Positions 25,090 to 37,659 of a DNA stretch of 64,000 bases are shown piece after piece. The stretch comes from Eledone cirrhosa. Lineage: Eukaryota. The notes below the pieces were generated by a model that searched no databases, was not told where the DNA came from, and worked only from the letters and a program-made list of their open reading frames with translations. The stretch is taken from positions 361,336,001-361,400,000 of the forward strand of contig OZ024740.1 in NCBI GenBank assembly GCA_964016885.1. Reading direction: 5' to 3'. Within the stretch, counting starts at the first letter, position 1. Every line of letters begins with the position of its first letter. Made by a program: the position numbers and the translations under genes.

Positions 25090-27130
25090 TTACGGGGCCA
25101 ATGCACCCTTCGACCAGAACGGGTCGTAGTTCTGTGTGTTGATGGTGGGGGGGGGGGGGGGAGAAATAGGCCTGTGTGGCAAAGAAAAAGAGGGGGGCAT
25201 TTGAATTTCAAGTGTCATTGTGTCATTGTCCAGGTTTGCTCGTTTGAGACGATCAACGGAAACCGTTTCCCTGGAACCCCGAATGTCCAGTGTGAAATGT
25301 TTGTCTGTGCGAGCAAGCACACGATAGGGTCCAGAGTACGGCCGTTGAAAAGGGGGTCTCACAGCGTCGTCTCTAACGAACACATGGGTCCACAAGGCAA
25401 TATCCCTTGGGACGGCAGTTTTTACAGTCTGCTTCCTAGTGCCCATCAGTGGTAGATCCTTGAAATAAGAGTGAAGCCGGGACACGTAGGAAGCGGGGTC
25501 CTGCGAAGTCAGGTCAAAAGGGGCCAGCATTTGCCCCGGTAACGCCAGAGGCGTACCATAAACTAATTCGGCAGAGGAGAACCCAAGGTCCACCTTTACT
25601 GTCGACCGAATACCCAACAATACAATGGGTAGGTACTCGCTCCAACGTGAAGAGTCCATGGAAGCCCTTAAGGAGGCTTTGAGCTGCCTGTGGAATCTTT
25701 CCACCATTCCGTTTGAGGCTGGGTGGTAAGCCGTGGTTCTTATTCGAGTAGCCCCCAGGATTTGGGTTAGTTCTCGGAAGAGGTTAGACTCAAATTGACG
25801 ACCACGATCCGTTGTTATGGTCGTTGGTACACCGAAACGAGCGATCCACGAAGATACGAGAGTACGGGCTGTGGTTTCGGCGGTGATATCTGTTATAGGG
25901 ACGGCTTCAGGCCAACGCGAAAAACGGTCAACAATCGTCAAAAGATACGAAAAACCACGACTAACCGGCCACGGGCCGACGATGTCCACATGAATGTGAC
26001 GAAATCTTGCATCGGGGCAGGTGAAGGTTCCGAGAGGAGCCTTAACATGTCTATGAACTTTCGCTTGTTGGCAAGCGACACAGGAACGACACCAAGCAGC
26101 AATGTCACGTCTCATACCAGGCCAGAAAAATCTGGCTGTTATGAGTTTTACTGAGGCTGATACTCCTGGGTGAGAAATGCCATGTAAAGCGAGAAACGCA
26201 GTTCGTCGATGTTCCACTGGGACTAGAGGTCGTGGTGAGTCCAACGAAACATCACACAATATCTGTCCGTCAGCAGTTGAGATCGGAATGTATTTCAGTT
26301 TGCAATGTACAAACTCTGGCGATGTAACATCCAACGATTCGAGAGTGGGTTGGGCAGCTGCCATTCGATGTAAATCTATCTCCTCGGAAGACGAAATCGA
26401 TGCGATCGGCAGGCGAGACAGCGCATCGGCTGCTGTATTCAAAGAACCCGGAATATGTTGAATGTCGTTCGTGAACTGTGAGATGAAGTCCAGATGTCTC
26501 GTTTCTCTGGGCGAGTATTTGTCTGCCTTAGTTCGAAGAGCAAACGTCAAGGGTTTATGATCAGTGAAAATGGTGAATGTTCTACCTTCAAGTACATGAG
26601 CAAAATGTTTCACTGATAAATAAATTGCTAATAGCTCCCTTCCAAAGGTGCTATAGCGAGTTTCGGCAGGCTTTAACTTCCTCGAAAAGAACTCGAGTGG
26701 TTGCTGTACCCCATCACACTTCTGCTGTAAGACTGCGCCCACGGCGCTATCCGAAGCATCAACACAGAGCGATAGCTCGGCGTTGGGTACTGGGTGGGCG
26801 AGCAAAGACACGTTCGCTAACGCCTTTTTCACTTTTTTAAAATCATCAAGCTGCGTTTTATTTAAGGAAATGTCCATATTCTTACGCCGGCAACCCTTAA
26901 AAATCTCTGTCAACGAGAACAGCAATTTGGAACAACCAGGTACGAATCGCCTATAAAAATTTACAAGGCCCAGGAATTGACGCAATTGTCGCAGTGAACT
27001 TGGCGGAGGCAAACCCGATACTGCCTTAACCTTCTCAGGAAGAGGTCGAATACCATCGGCGTCAATCAGATGGCCTAAAAATGTTAGTGAAGTCGAGCCT
27101 AAAACACACTTGGAAGCATTAATACTGTAA
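25090..27130 (-). CDS. Gypsy pol 3' part: RT thumb, RNase H, integrase (HHCC, DDE, GPY/F)
   Basis: [33 protein letters not shown]...[31 protein letters not shown]. Confidence 0.93.
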
Positions 27131-27252
27131 ACGATCTGAGTTCAAATCCCGCCGAGGTTGACTTTGCCTTTCATCCTTACGGGGTCGATAAAATAAAGTA
27201 CCAGTAATACACTGGGTAATTGCTGGCCTTGTGCCTAAAGTAGAAACAATTA
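27131..27252 (+). mobile_element. 5'-truncated family A SINE inserted in Gypsy RT
   Basis: 122-bp match to family A; removing it restores the pol frame (...[17 protein letters not shown]...). Confidence 0.9.
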
Positions 27253-28346
27253 TATCTCTGTAAACGACGAAATACGAGATCCAGATGCTTTGAATGCTGC
27301 TGCGGGGAAGAACTAGCAATCAACACGTCATCGATATACGTGTACACAAAATCCAGGCCCCGAGTAATATCATCCATAAATCGTTGGAAGGTACTTGCAG
27401 CATTTCTAAGGCCGAAAGGCATAGTGAGGAACTCGAATGATCCGAAAGGAGTGGCAATAGCAGTCTTTGGGATATCCTCCTTGTTAACCGGAATTTGATT
27501 ATAAGCGCGGATCAAATCAAGCTTAGAAAAGATTCTGCAACCCTGCAATGACGATGCAAAATCCTGCAAATGCGGGATTGGATAACGGTCAGGCACAGTA
27601 ATCGCGTTTAAGCGTCGGTAGTCACCCGTCGGTCTCCAATCCCCAGAAGATCTAGGTACCATATGTAGAGGCGATGCCCAAGGACTTGTGGAGCGCCGAA
27701 TTATTCCCAATTCCAGCATGTGGTCGAATTCAAGACGTGCAGCTTTCAACTTCTCTGTAGATAATCTTCGAGGACATGAGAAAACAGGTGGACCTGTAGT
27801 GGATATGAAGTGTTCAATCGCATGATCCGGGCTAGTTATTCGTAACTTTCCTTGCGTCAACTGAGGGAATGAATGTAACAGGCTTTGATACTGGTTGCCC
27901 ACTTCAGCCAAGAAAAAGGAAGGGCTGACAGTGGCGACGTCCGGCTCTGAACCCTCGAAAGAAAGGCCTGTTTTAGCATCAACAAGGCGTTGTCTGCGAA
28001 TGTCCACCAACAAGGAAAAATGGTGGAGAAAATCCGCTCCCAAAATGGCGTATGGCAAGTCGGCGATAGTAAACTTCCACTTCAAATCACGCCGCAAATT
28101 TTTTAACCGAAGAGGAAGCGAAATTTGCCCATACGTTCGAATGGCCGTGTGGTTGACTGCTCGTAGATTTATATTTGCTTCGGCTGGGCTTTTTTTGAGA
28201 TAACTGACTGGCCAAATACTCAGCGACGCGCCAGTATCGACAAGGAAAAATTTTTTTGACCACAGGTCGTATACGAAAAGATGGCGGTTCGGTCGGTTTT
28301 CCCAGAGTTCACTAGCCGCTCCTAGTGGCTCTGCTTTGCGTTTCCC
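27253..28346 (-). CDS. Gypsy pol 5' part: protease and RT (-1 frame relative to gag)
   Basis: [41 protein letters not shown]. Confidence 0.93.
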
Positions 28347-29107
28347 GATCTCTTGTAATCACAGGGCGTGCGACAACGTTGCGCCCTACTGCCGAAGTTA
28401 GCATGATACCAACACAACGAAGAATTATTGTTGTCTGCGTTGTAGTGCTGGCGATGAATAGAGGACGGCGGCGAACGATACCTCAAACGTTGAGAAGGCT
28501 CTCTGTGATGTACCGTCAAATCTTCTACCTTTTTGGTGAGAGCTTCAATCAACTCCAACAGTTTGCCGTCGGCCACAGAAGAACTGCGTGGAGGGACGCA
28601 AGTTGAAGCCACATAAGGATTATGCTGATTGCTGTTCGAGTCCACCTCAAGTATCTTATCCGCGGACGCGGCAAGTTGCTCTAATGAATCCTTCTCTAAA
28701 CTATTGACCAATATCCTTTGCGCACTTGGTGGTAGACGTGAGAAAAAAAGTTGCTTTATGAAGGGGGTGTCAATCCCCTGGGAGTCGCTCAACTCCCGCA
28801 AATGTCGCAAATAGGAGCTCGGCTTCCTGTCACCCATTTGAGCATCGTCCAACAACTCCCGAAAACGGCTCTCTACCGACTTGGTATTTCTGCGAAGAAT
28901 TTCTTTTTTTAATGAGCCGTAGGTAACGTCGGCGTCTAAATCCGTCACAACGTCCTTCACCGAGAATGCCAAGGAAACAGGTAGGCCATTGATCAGGACC
29001 TTCAGCTTATGCTGTTCCTTTGTCTTCGTCAATTCAAAGAAACATTCCAGCTGCGCAAACCACAACTTGATGTCGCCTGCGAAGGAGGGCAAGTGATGTT
29101 GACTCAT
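28322..29107 (-). CDS. Gypsy gag (261 aa)
   Basis: [10 protein letters not shown]...[12 protein letters not shown]...[18 protein letters not shown]. Confidence 0.92.
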   Translation of the reverse strand: MSQHHLPSFAGDIKLWFAQLECFFELTKTKEQHKLKVLINGLPVSLAFSVKDVVTDLDADVTYGSLKKEILRRNTKSVESRFRELLDDAQMGDRKPSSYLRHLRELSDSQGIDTPFIKQLFFSRLPPSAQRILVNSLEKDSLEQLAASADKILEVDSNSNQHNPYVASTCVPPRSSSVADGKLLELIEALTKKVEDLTVHHREPSQRLRYRSPPSSIHRQHYNADNNNSSLCWYHANFGSRAQRCRTPCDYKRSGNAKQSH

Positions 29108-30062
29108 GGTGCCACGTATTTGATGACTTTTTGGTGTTGGTCAATAGTTAGCCAGGTGTTGCTGCTGATTGCTGGTAATTGGTGGTAGCCGTTTTGAAAT
29201 ACTGCTAATTTTTTTTCTTTAAAAAAAAAATATTCTAAAGAAAATTTTAATAATAAAAAAAATCATTTTCTATGAAAATTAATGGTAAGAATATCCAAGA
29301 TGGCTGATTTAAAAATGTGTCCGTGATGAAGAAGCCGTCATGTGGCACGATGCAGCCAATCAGATGGCTGGGATTGGAGAAGACAAGCTGAACGCGGGAA
29401 AACGAAATATCTCCATTTGTAATTTCCACAGAATGTTGGAAGCAAAATTCTATATCCAGAGAAATCCTTTATTTTTTTTATTTTTTTATTTTTGTGTGTT
29501 GTATTTTTGTGTTTGTCTGTATGCGTGCTACAACAAATGGAATATAATGAATTTTATGGACTTACGCTAAGTGATTCGGACATTCCAAATGTTAAGCCAT
29601 TCCACATTGCCGTTAAAAAGAATTTCGGACTCCAATAGGCTGCGTTTTCATTCTTTATCGCCAGGGTCGCCAATAAAGGAAAGGGATGTTTCTCTTTGTC
29701 GAATAAATAAATGAACAATCAAGTCTAACAATCATTTTATTTAATGCAATAATTTAGTAAATTTCCTACAACGTCAATATTTTGAGGAGCGGATCTTTCC
29801 ACGTCTGTTCATGTCCGTGGTCCAAAAAGAGTGAGTGAACCTGTGGCTGTGTCCGGGTGTATTTTTGCCTCCGCTCCCTGAAGGGTTAAGGGGAGGCAAC
29901 TGCTAGTTGCCAAGCGACCATCTCAGCCACTACATATGTATACAGACGTACAGTAGTATGTATAACGGCGGCGAAGATTCGAAACCGAATCTGAGCTTTC
30001 CCGCCTCTGGGACAAGCCGTGGTAAGTTGTTTACGCTCAAGAGACTAACCCCTTGGGAGAGG

Positions 30063-31830
30063 CTAAACACAGTCCTTCGGAACAACCCCATTCTGTATGA
30101 CTTGGTTTACTATCCGGGTGACCATAGTGTGTCCCACTATTCCAGATGCTTTCAGCATTTCAGCAACTATTTCCGAAGGCTCAGCTGCCTTACCCGTCTT
30201 CATATCTTTGATTGCCTTACTTATTATACTACTTTCAACTCGCACTGCTGGTCCCTCTATTGGATCGATGTGGGGGAGACTGTCTTTCTCCCATTTATTC
30301 TCCTCATTTAGTAGCCTTTCGTAGTGACACTTCCAAGCTACCTTCTTATCAGCGTCAGTGATGGCAAGTACACCATCATCATTAAGTACTCACTTCTCCC
30401 CGACAATATCACGGTTTTCCTTGACACATTGCCTAGCAATCCTGAACACCTCACGTTTTTGGTCCTCGCGTTGTAGAACATGCTTGAACTTTCTTTCCTC
30501 TGCTTCCCTTCTTGCGAAGTACACTTGTCTCCTAGCTTCCCTCCTGGCCACTTGATAGTCTTCTCTACTTCCCCCATCTCGCCATACTGCTTTTTGGCCT
30601 TAATTGACTCCTCCACCTTACTGTTCCACCACCACGTTACTCTCCTCCTGCCTATAGGCCTGCTCCAGCCGCAGACTTCATCTGTCGCCATCAGCAGGTT
30701 TGCTTTCAGGAATTCCCACTGTTCCTCTATATTGTACGACTCTAATTGCTCTTGCTTACTGTCGAAAGCATCAAGTAATATGCTTTTAAATTTATTACTG
30801 GTTGTGGGGTCCTTTAGCTTCCATATTTTTCTCCTGAGGATAGTCCTCTTCTGTTGTTGAGAACGTCTCGTCCTGACTGTGAGGTCGCTAATTATCAGTC
30901 CATGTTGGGAGGTGCATTCTTCATGGGGGGAGGGATTTAGTGTTTACAACAAACACTCTGTCACGTCTTCTGGTAAGGATATAATCTACCTGGCTGGTAT
31001 GTTCCCCTGATCTGTAGGTGATCAAGTGATTGTCTCGTTTTTTTAAGTTAGTGTTACAGATAGTTAGGTTATTTGCAGCACAGATTTTCAGGATTCTGGA
31101 GCCTTCCTCATTTCTAGTACCAAACCCATAGCCTCCATGGATTCCGTTATAGCCGTCACAATGTTGTCCAACGTGACCATTTAGGTCGCCAGTAATAATT
31201 ATATAGTCACTGTCGGTTATTTGGGAGGTAGTGTGCATCAGTGTTTCATAGAATCTGTCTTTTATAGCGCCAGGCAGTCCGGATTGGCGTGCGTACGCAG
31301 ATATTACTGTCACAGTAGTTCTATTTAGAACAAGTCTTATTTTAATTATTCTGTCGTTCACTCTATTTATGTCTATTATTTTATCCACCCATTTTTCTGC
31401 TAACATGATTCCTACCCCACCCAGCCCATTGTCATTTCCCACCCAGAAAAGCTTATAGCATCGTGTTTTACCCACAACGAATCTAGCAGACCCGCCCCTC
31501 CACCTGGTCTCTTGGATACAGCAAACATCAACCTCCTTACGTTCAAGCATTTCTACAACCTCGTTAGAGCGACCTTTTAAGGTGCCTACATTCATGGTAC
31601 CAACTCTGAAGTTTTGGATTGCGTTTGGTGGGTGGGGCGTGGGGTGGGGCGCGGCCGAAACAAAGAGGAGGAGTCCTTGCCCTTTCGTCCGGCAGCATGA
31701 GGTGAATTTGTCGTTATCTTTGGCATTGTCTCTGAGTGTCCAGATTCTTCAGACTCTCCAGAATTCCTTAGTCCATCCATCATATCGAAAAGCAACCAGA
31801 AGTGATAGCATAGGCCGCTGACTTATGGTT
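30063..31830 (-). mobile_element. RTE-clade LINE, degenerate (APE endonuclease + linker; RT lost)
   Basis: 30921-31595: MNVGTL...IQETRW...GDLNGHVG...QVDYIL; frameshifted TWWWN and KTGKAAEPS segments. Confidence 0.9.
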
Positions 31831-31889
31831 GGTCCAAATAATAATGGTGGAGAGTGGGGGCGGGCGGGAGGGGTATAGGGTAGTTAGCG

Positions 31890-32760
31890 AGCGAAGAGAA
31901 GGTTTTAAATAAAGCATATAACAGTAACAAGCGATATACTGGGATTTTAGAATACACAAGATTATTTAGAACAGCCAGACAGAATTATAGAATAGCATTG
32001 AGAAAGTAGGATTGGATTCTGGGCGATTATACAGATATATGGAAGAATGAACCGAAGGGTGGGGAGACAAGAAGAAAATGGTGTTTTTACATTACATTTC
32101 GTAGAAGTGGACTGACCATTAATAAGAGTTGACAAATTCTGAGATTCGTACCTCGTAACAGGTTTATTTATATTTGGTGCGAGTAGGGAGTGATCGAGTG
32201 AGAGAGAGAGAGAGACCAACAGGCACGTATGTGATAAAGAGGGGGGGGGGGGGGCAGAGATTTAGAGGGACTAGGGAGGCCATTTTTATGAATCCTGGAA
32301 AATTTCGGCCAAAATTAAGATTAAGCGAGGAGAAGGTTTTAAATAAAGCATATAACAGTAACAAGCGATATACTGGGATTTTAAAATACACAAGATTATT
32401 TAGAACAGCCAGACAGAATTATAGAATAGCATTGAGAAAGTAGGATTGGATTCTGGGCAAGTAGGATTGGATACAGATTTATGAATAAAATTCTTTTCTT
32501 TGATTTTTCTCTTGATTTCACTTGGCCTGTGTAATTTGTAGAATGGAAATATTATAAATATTTTCTGACCACATGTTGCTAGATGGTTACTCAGGGGTAT
32601 CTGACGGACATTTGGGTCTCTGATTTTCTGTCGGTGCACCCGTGCACGTTCCGATAGTGCATTTCCAGTTTGACCGACATATAGTTCTTCACAATTCGGG
32701 CATTTAATGCAGTAAATTAGATTTCTGCTTTTGCAGTTCATATTTGCATTTGGGAATATT
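31890..32760 (-). mobile_element. PLE 3' end (GIY-YIG with CCHH) plus pseudo-LTR repeat
   Basis: NLIYCIKCPNCEELYVGQTG...RARVH...HLATC; ~130-bp direct repeat ~31890-32022 / 32325-32458. Confidence 0.85.
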
Positions 32761-33265
32761 TTTCAAAATTCCAACCCAAGCTAAATGAATAATAATTCTT
32801 AGGGGTATAAAAACCCTAGAAAATGCTATTTTCATCATTTCTAAAAATAGCAAAACAATTGATGCTTTGAATAGGGCCAAATAGAAGTCGTTAGACATGC
32901 CCAACCAACCGTAATGCCTAAACCAATCACCTTCAGTAATCCAGTGAAACTACACACCGATTGGTCGAAATACAGTTTGCAAAATTTAGCATTCTGTAGC
33001 CGCTTTTCACTGTATATAAGGCACAACATTTACCCATCTCATTACAGTTGAAAATTGTAAACTTGACTGTCACCACAGAATATGAACCTGAAGATTGCGA
33101 AAACATGAAATTACTTGTTCAATTAACACTTAATATTGTACCATGCTATTTCATTCTAATACCATTATAATTTTAAAGGATTGTAAATAAAACGAGTAAA
33201 TCAGACAAAGTTAGAATTCCTTTTATTAATATAATCTTCTATACACAATCATACACACCCGTGTA

Positions 33266-33347
<82 letters not shown>

Positions 33348-33535
33348 CTTTAAGGTATTTTGTAGTATCTCTGTTCAGAAACACACCACTTATATTAAAT
33401 TTATCTCCCTGGAGCTTTGTAAAAGTCTGAGAGATTGGCTACATATATGTTTTATATATTTTTTTTGTTTAGATGGAAGACAAAACAAAGAAGATGAATA
33501 CAAAGATGAAGAAGAGAAAGATAAAGATGAAGAAC

Positions 33536-35240
33536 CTCACTGCACCGCACTGCACAACACCACACTGCACCACGCCGCACTGCACCACACCACATCGCAG
33601 TGCACCGCATCACATCACACCACACTTCACCACACCACATAAAACATACAACACTACACCACACCACTCCTCACTACAACACAACACACCACTCCTCACT
33701 ACAACACACCACACTACTCCACACCACATAACACCACACTACTCCACACCACATAACACCACAACACAACACACCACACCTCACTACATCACACCACATA
33801 AAAACACACCTCACTACATCACACCACACTACTCCACACCACATAACACCCAACATTTTTTTCTCATCTTTTTTTCATGTGTTATCAACTAATCGGAACT
33901 CCAAGATGTTTGTTATTGACTCTCTCTTCATGGAAAACTTAGGTAGATGCACTTCTCTCATTTAACCCCAGAGTTTTCTCTAAGATTTTTCGTATGTTTT
34001 CAACGAATATGACCTCCAAACCAGTTGGAAATAATTAGTTGTTCTAGGAAAAAGGAGGGGCAAAGCAGGTGGAAAAACCATTGTCGTTTTGTAGATATAT
34101 ACCCTAATGATTTTTCTTCGGTCTCCTTTTGAGTGCTATCAACTAATCTGATCTTTTAGTTGCTCTGAATCAATTTTTTTTTCTGGGATTTGGAAACTAA
34201 AACTAAATTAAACATAAAATTAAATCTAGCCCCAACCCTAAACTATAAATCTAAACCAAACCAAGCTAAATCTAAATATAAACATTACCCCAACCCTTAA
34301 ACTAAACCCTAAACATTACCCCAACCCTAAAACTAGACCCTAAACATTACCCCAAACCTAAAACTAAACACTAAACTTTACCCCAACCCTAAAACCAGAC
34401 CCTAAACATTACCCCAAACCTAAAACTAAACCCTAAACTTTACCCCAAACCTAAAACTAAACACTAAACTTTACCCCAACCCTAAAACTAGACCCTAAAC
34501 ATTACCCCAACCCTAAACCTAACCCAGGGAAATAAGTTGGTTGGAAGCATCTAGGAGGTCAGATTAATTAATAGCACAGGAAATAGCACAGGAAATAGCA
34601 TAGGAAATAGCACAGGAAATTAATAGCACAGGAAATATACCGAAAATGATTAAGTCCCACAACATGTGAGTGGGGTGTAGATCTGCAAAACTCTTCCCCT
34701 ATCCTTCCTCTTTCTCCAAAGCTAGTTGTTTTTGACTGGTTTGGAAGTCATATTCACTGATAACGCATGAAAATAGAATCAAAGAAAAAATTCCGAGTAA
34801 GCAGGGGTTATCCGGGTGAAGGGGAAACCACCTCACTCCGCCGTTTTCCTGGGGGAAAAGTCAGTCTTGGAGATTGGATTAGTTGATAGCACATGAAAAA
34901 TAGGATGAAAAAATTTCACATCACATCACACCACACCAGATCACACCATATCTCACCACATCACACCACACCACATCACGTCTCGTCTCACCTCATTTCA
35001 CCACGCCACGCCACATTTCATCACATCACATCACATCACATTTCACCACGCCACGCCACATCACATGCCATCACACCACATGCTACCACACTCCACTACA
35101 CCATATCCCCCACCCTACATTGAACCACACTCCACTCCACCACACTCCACTACACCACACCACACCACTGTCCACTACACTACACCACACCACTGTCCAC
35201 TACACTAAACCACACTACACTACACCACACCACACCACTG
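33536..35240. repeat. (CACCA)n-type degenerate pentamer arrays, 31-bp CCCTAA-rich minisatellite (~34283-34520) and 12-bp TAGCACAGGAAA repeat
   Basis: Visible periodicities; diverged inverted repeats at ~33860-34190 / 34540-34912. Confidence 0.8.
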
Positions 35241-35608
35241 TCTATTCGACTGTTTTCTATTTCGTAGGTATGTCCAGTTACTGTAAGAGAAAGAAAGTTA
35301 TTTCAAAGGATCTGAGTAAGTAAACACTTCATTGACCATCATTTTAAGCAGAATCTTAGTGTAGTTTTAAATTGACCTTTTCATATGATTACACCTCAGT
35401 CTTAAGTTAATCACCTGTAGATGGATGCTACATGTAATGTTAAAATTAGTTAAACACTGTTTCCCCCTTCTCATCACATGTGGATGCTACATGTGTATTG
35501 TTAACATTAATCTAACGTTGTCCCCCCCCCCTCCCCCGCCTCACCATATCATACCACACCACATCACACCATGTTGTACCACACCAGACCACATAACACC
35601 ATGCTATA

Positions 35609-35669
<61 letters not shown>

Positions 35670-35741
35670 CTCCCCACTCGTTATATTAACTGTATCTCCT
35701 CGGTGTTTCGTGAAAGTCTGAGAGATCAGCTATATATTTGT

Positions 35742-36775
35742 GTGGGCCCCGTTTGTGAGACGAACCTTTCCCAGACTCGTCTCACTCACCGAGCTGCAAT
35801 CCTGGGTCAAGCAAAGACCGAGAAAACTGGGCGCCTGGCACACTGAGTGTGCCCAGGCGCTCACGGCCCTCTGGCAGGTCGACCCGGTTATCAGTGGAGA
35901 CTCCACCGCGACATTCTATAGAGGGCTGGTATGCAGCAGGTGCGACGACGCCCTTGGAGAAGCCCTAGACATGGAGGAAGACGAACTGGCCAGCCTGTTC
36001 GGTAGGACATTCAGCCCGGGACCTATGGACAACTTCCAGAAGTCCCTGGCTTGGCAGTGCTACCGAGGGGCTCTACCCGTTCGAGAAAATCTCTACAGAC
36101 ACGGGCGCCCGGGTAGGGACCCCGCCAAAAAGATCTGTCCCAGATGCGTGTGTGACGAGGAAACCGTTGCACACGCATTGGTACACTGCTCGGGCGTAGC
36201 CAATCTGTGGAGCTATGTCGAACGACTGCTATCACGGGTGGGACCGATCCGGTTGACAACCGAGGCCATTGTAACGATTAAGCCGCCTCCCCCATTCAAA
36301 AATGAAGGTGAGGCGGTGTTTCTGTGCATAATAGCCATGGTGAAAGAGGTTGTATGGTGGACACGTCTGAAGGGACTCAGGTCAGGCACCTTTCTCTCTG
36401 GCCAACAACTGATCCATTTCTTCCGATATCATTTCGGAAGAAGGTTCAGGATGGAGAGAGATGCTCAACCCCAGTCGTTTTTATGAAAGGTGGGTGAAAG
36501 TGGCAAGAATGGCCCGTGTGAATGGGCCTTCTCTCTACATCAGCCTGTAGGTGGAAAAAAGGAAGGAACGAGGGAGCACCCTCTCTCTGTGCTCCTGCGG
36601 AGAAGGGGTTGCACACTTTTTTCGGGGGTGTGTGTGCGACCCCCCCAAACTCCCTATTGAGGACTTTATTGTTAATTTTATATTTGTTATTTGTTTTCTT
36701 TACTTGCCTTTTTGTGTAAACTCCCCCCTTGTATTTGTCCCCTTCTTTTGCGCCCTAGTGGCAATAAATAGAAAT
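35742..36775 (+). mobile_element. 5'-truncated Tx1/L1-clade retrotransposon
   Basis: zf-RVT-like AWQCYRGALPV...CPRC...ETVAHALVHC; AATAAA near 36763; 12-bp TSD CTATATATTTGT (35730-35741, 36776-36787). Confidence 0.88.
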
Positions 36776-37659
36776 CTATATATTTGTTTACAATTTTTTT
36801 TTTATATTTAGATGGAAAAGAAGAAAAAGACGACGAAGCAGACGACTAAAATGAAAATGACAACAAAGACAAAGAAGACACGGGAAACGAAGATGACGAA
36901 AAGAAGAAGAAAGTATGATCTCAGTTCAATCTAAACCTAATGATTTATAGATATTATCTTAGTTCAGTCTTAACCTAATGACCTGTAGATACGATCTATT
37001 TAGGTTTAACTTAAACATTCAAAGATATTTGTATATACTTTTGTTGATGTTTGACATTGTTTTTTAGTTATGAAATAGTTTATAAGCTACATTATAGGAT
37101 CACAGTGCATGAGCACACTGCTCTTTAAATTAACTTTATCTCCTCAGCACTTTGTAAAGTCTGAGAGATAGGCAACATATATGTTTTACATTCTTTGTTT
37201 TTGGTATTTAGATGGCAGAGGAGACGATAAAGGCACAGAAGAAGTCAAAAGCACAGAAGAAGTCAAAAGCACAGAAGAAGTCAAAGGCACAGAAGAAGAC
37301 AAAGGCACAGAAGAAAACAAAGGCACAGAAGACAAAGAAAATGAACAAGAAGAACAATTATTATTACTATTATTATTGTTATTATTATTTGTATTATTAT
37401 AATCAAACTAAGCCACACTACCTCAACCTATACCATACCATGCCACACCACACTGACAAACATTATCCAACACCACACTACGAAACACTGTACGACCTCA
37501 CATCAGACCATGCTATGAAACAATATACCATACTACACTATACAACAAGAGACAACACGACACAAGACTATGAAACACTATACTTTACCACACTATATCA
37601 CACCACTCAAGTTAGAGAGGATCAACTTTTATCCTGGAAAGTAGAAAACCTAACTTTAA

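Larger units (their letters stand above)
24357..29934 (-). mobile_element. Full-length Ty3/Gypsy LTR retrotransposon, recent insertion
   Basis: LTRs 24357-24620 and 29674-29934 are identical except a 3-bp indel; 4-bp TSD TATG; PBS TGGCGACCCTGGCG (29672-29659); order gag, PR, RT, RNase H, IN. Confidence 0.97.

Noticed and set aside
33083-33121. TGAAC-CTGAAGA...GAAAT...GTTCA
   Set aside because: Stem II is only 2 bp and stem III is mismatched; counted only as degenerate.
34200-34525. CCCTAA-rich tract as a telomere
   Set aside because: A 31-bp minisatellite in the window interior, not (TTAGGG)n.
37228-37340. Regular 18-bp repeats as a CRISPR-like array
   Set aside because: Head-to-tail with no unique spacers, no cas genes, eukaryotic context.
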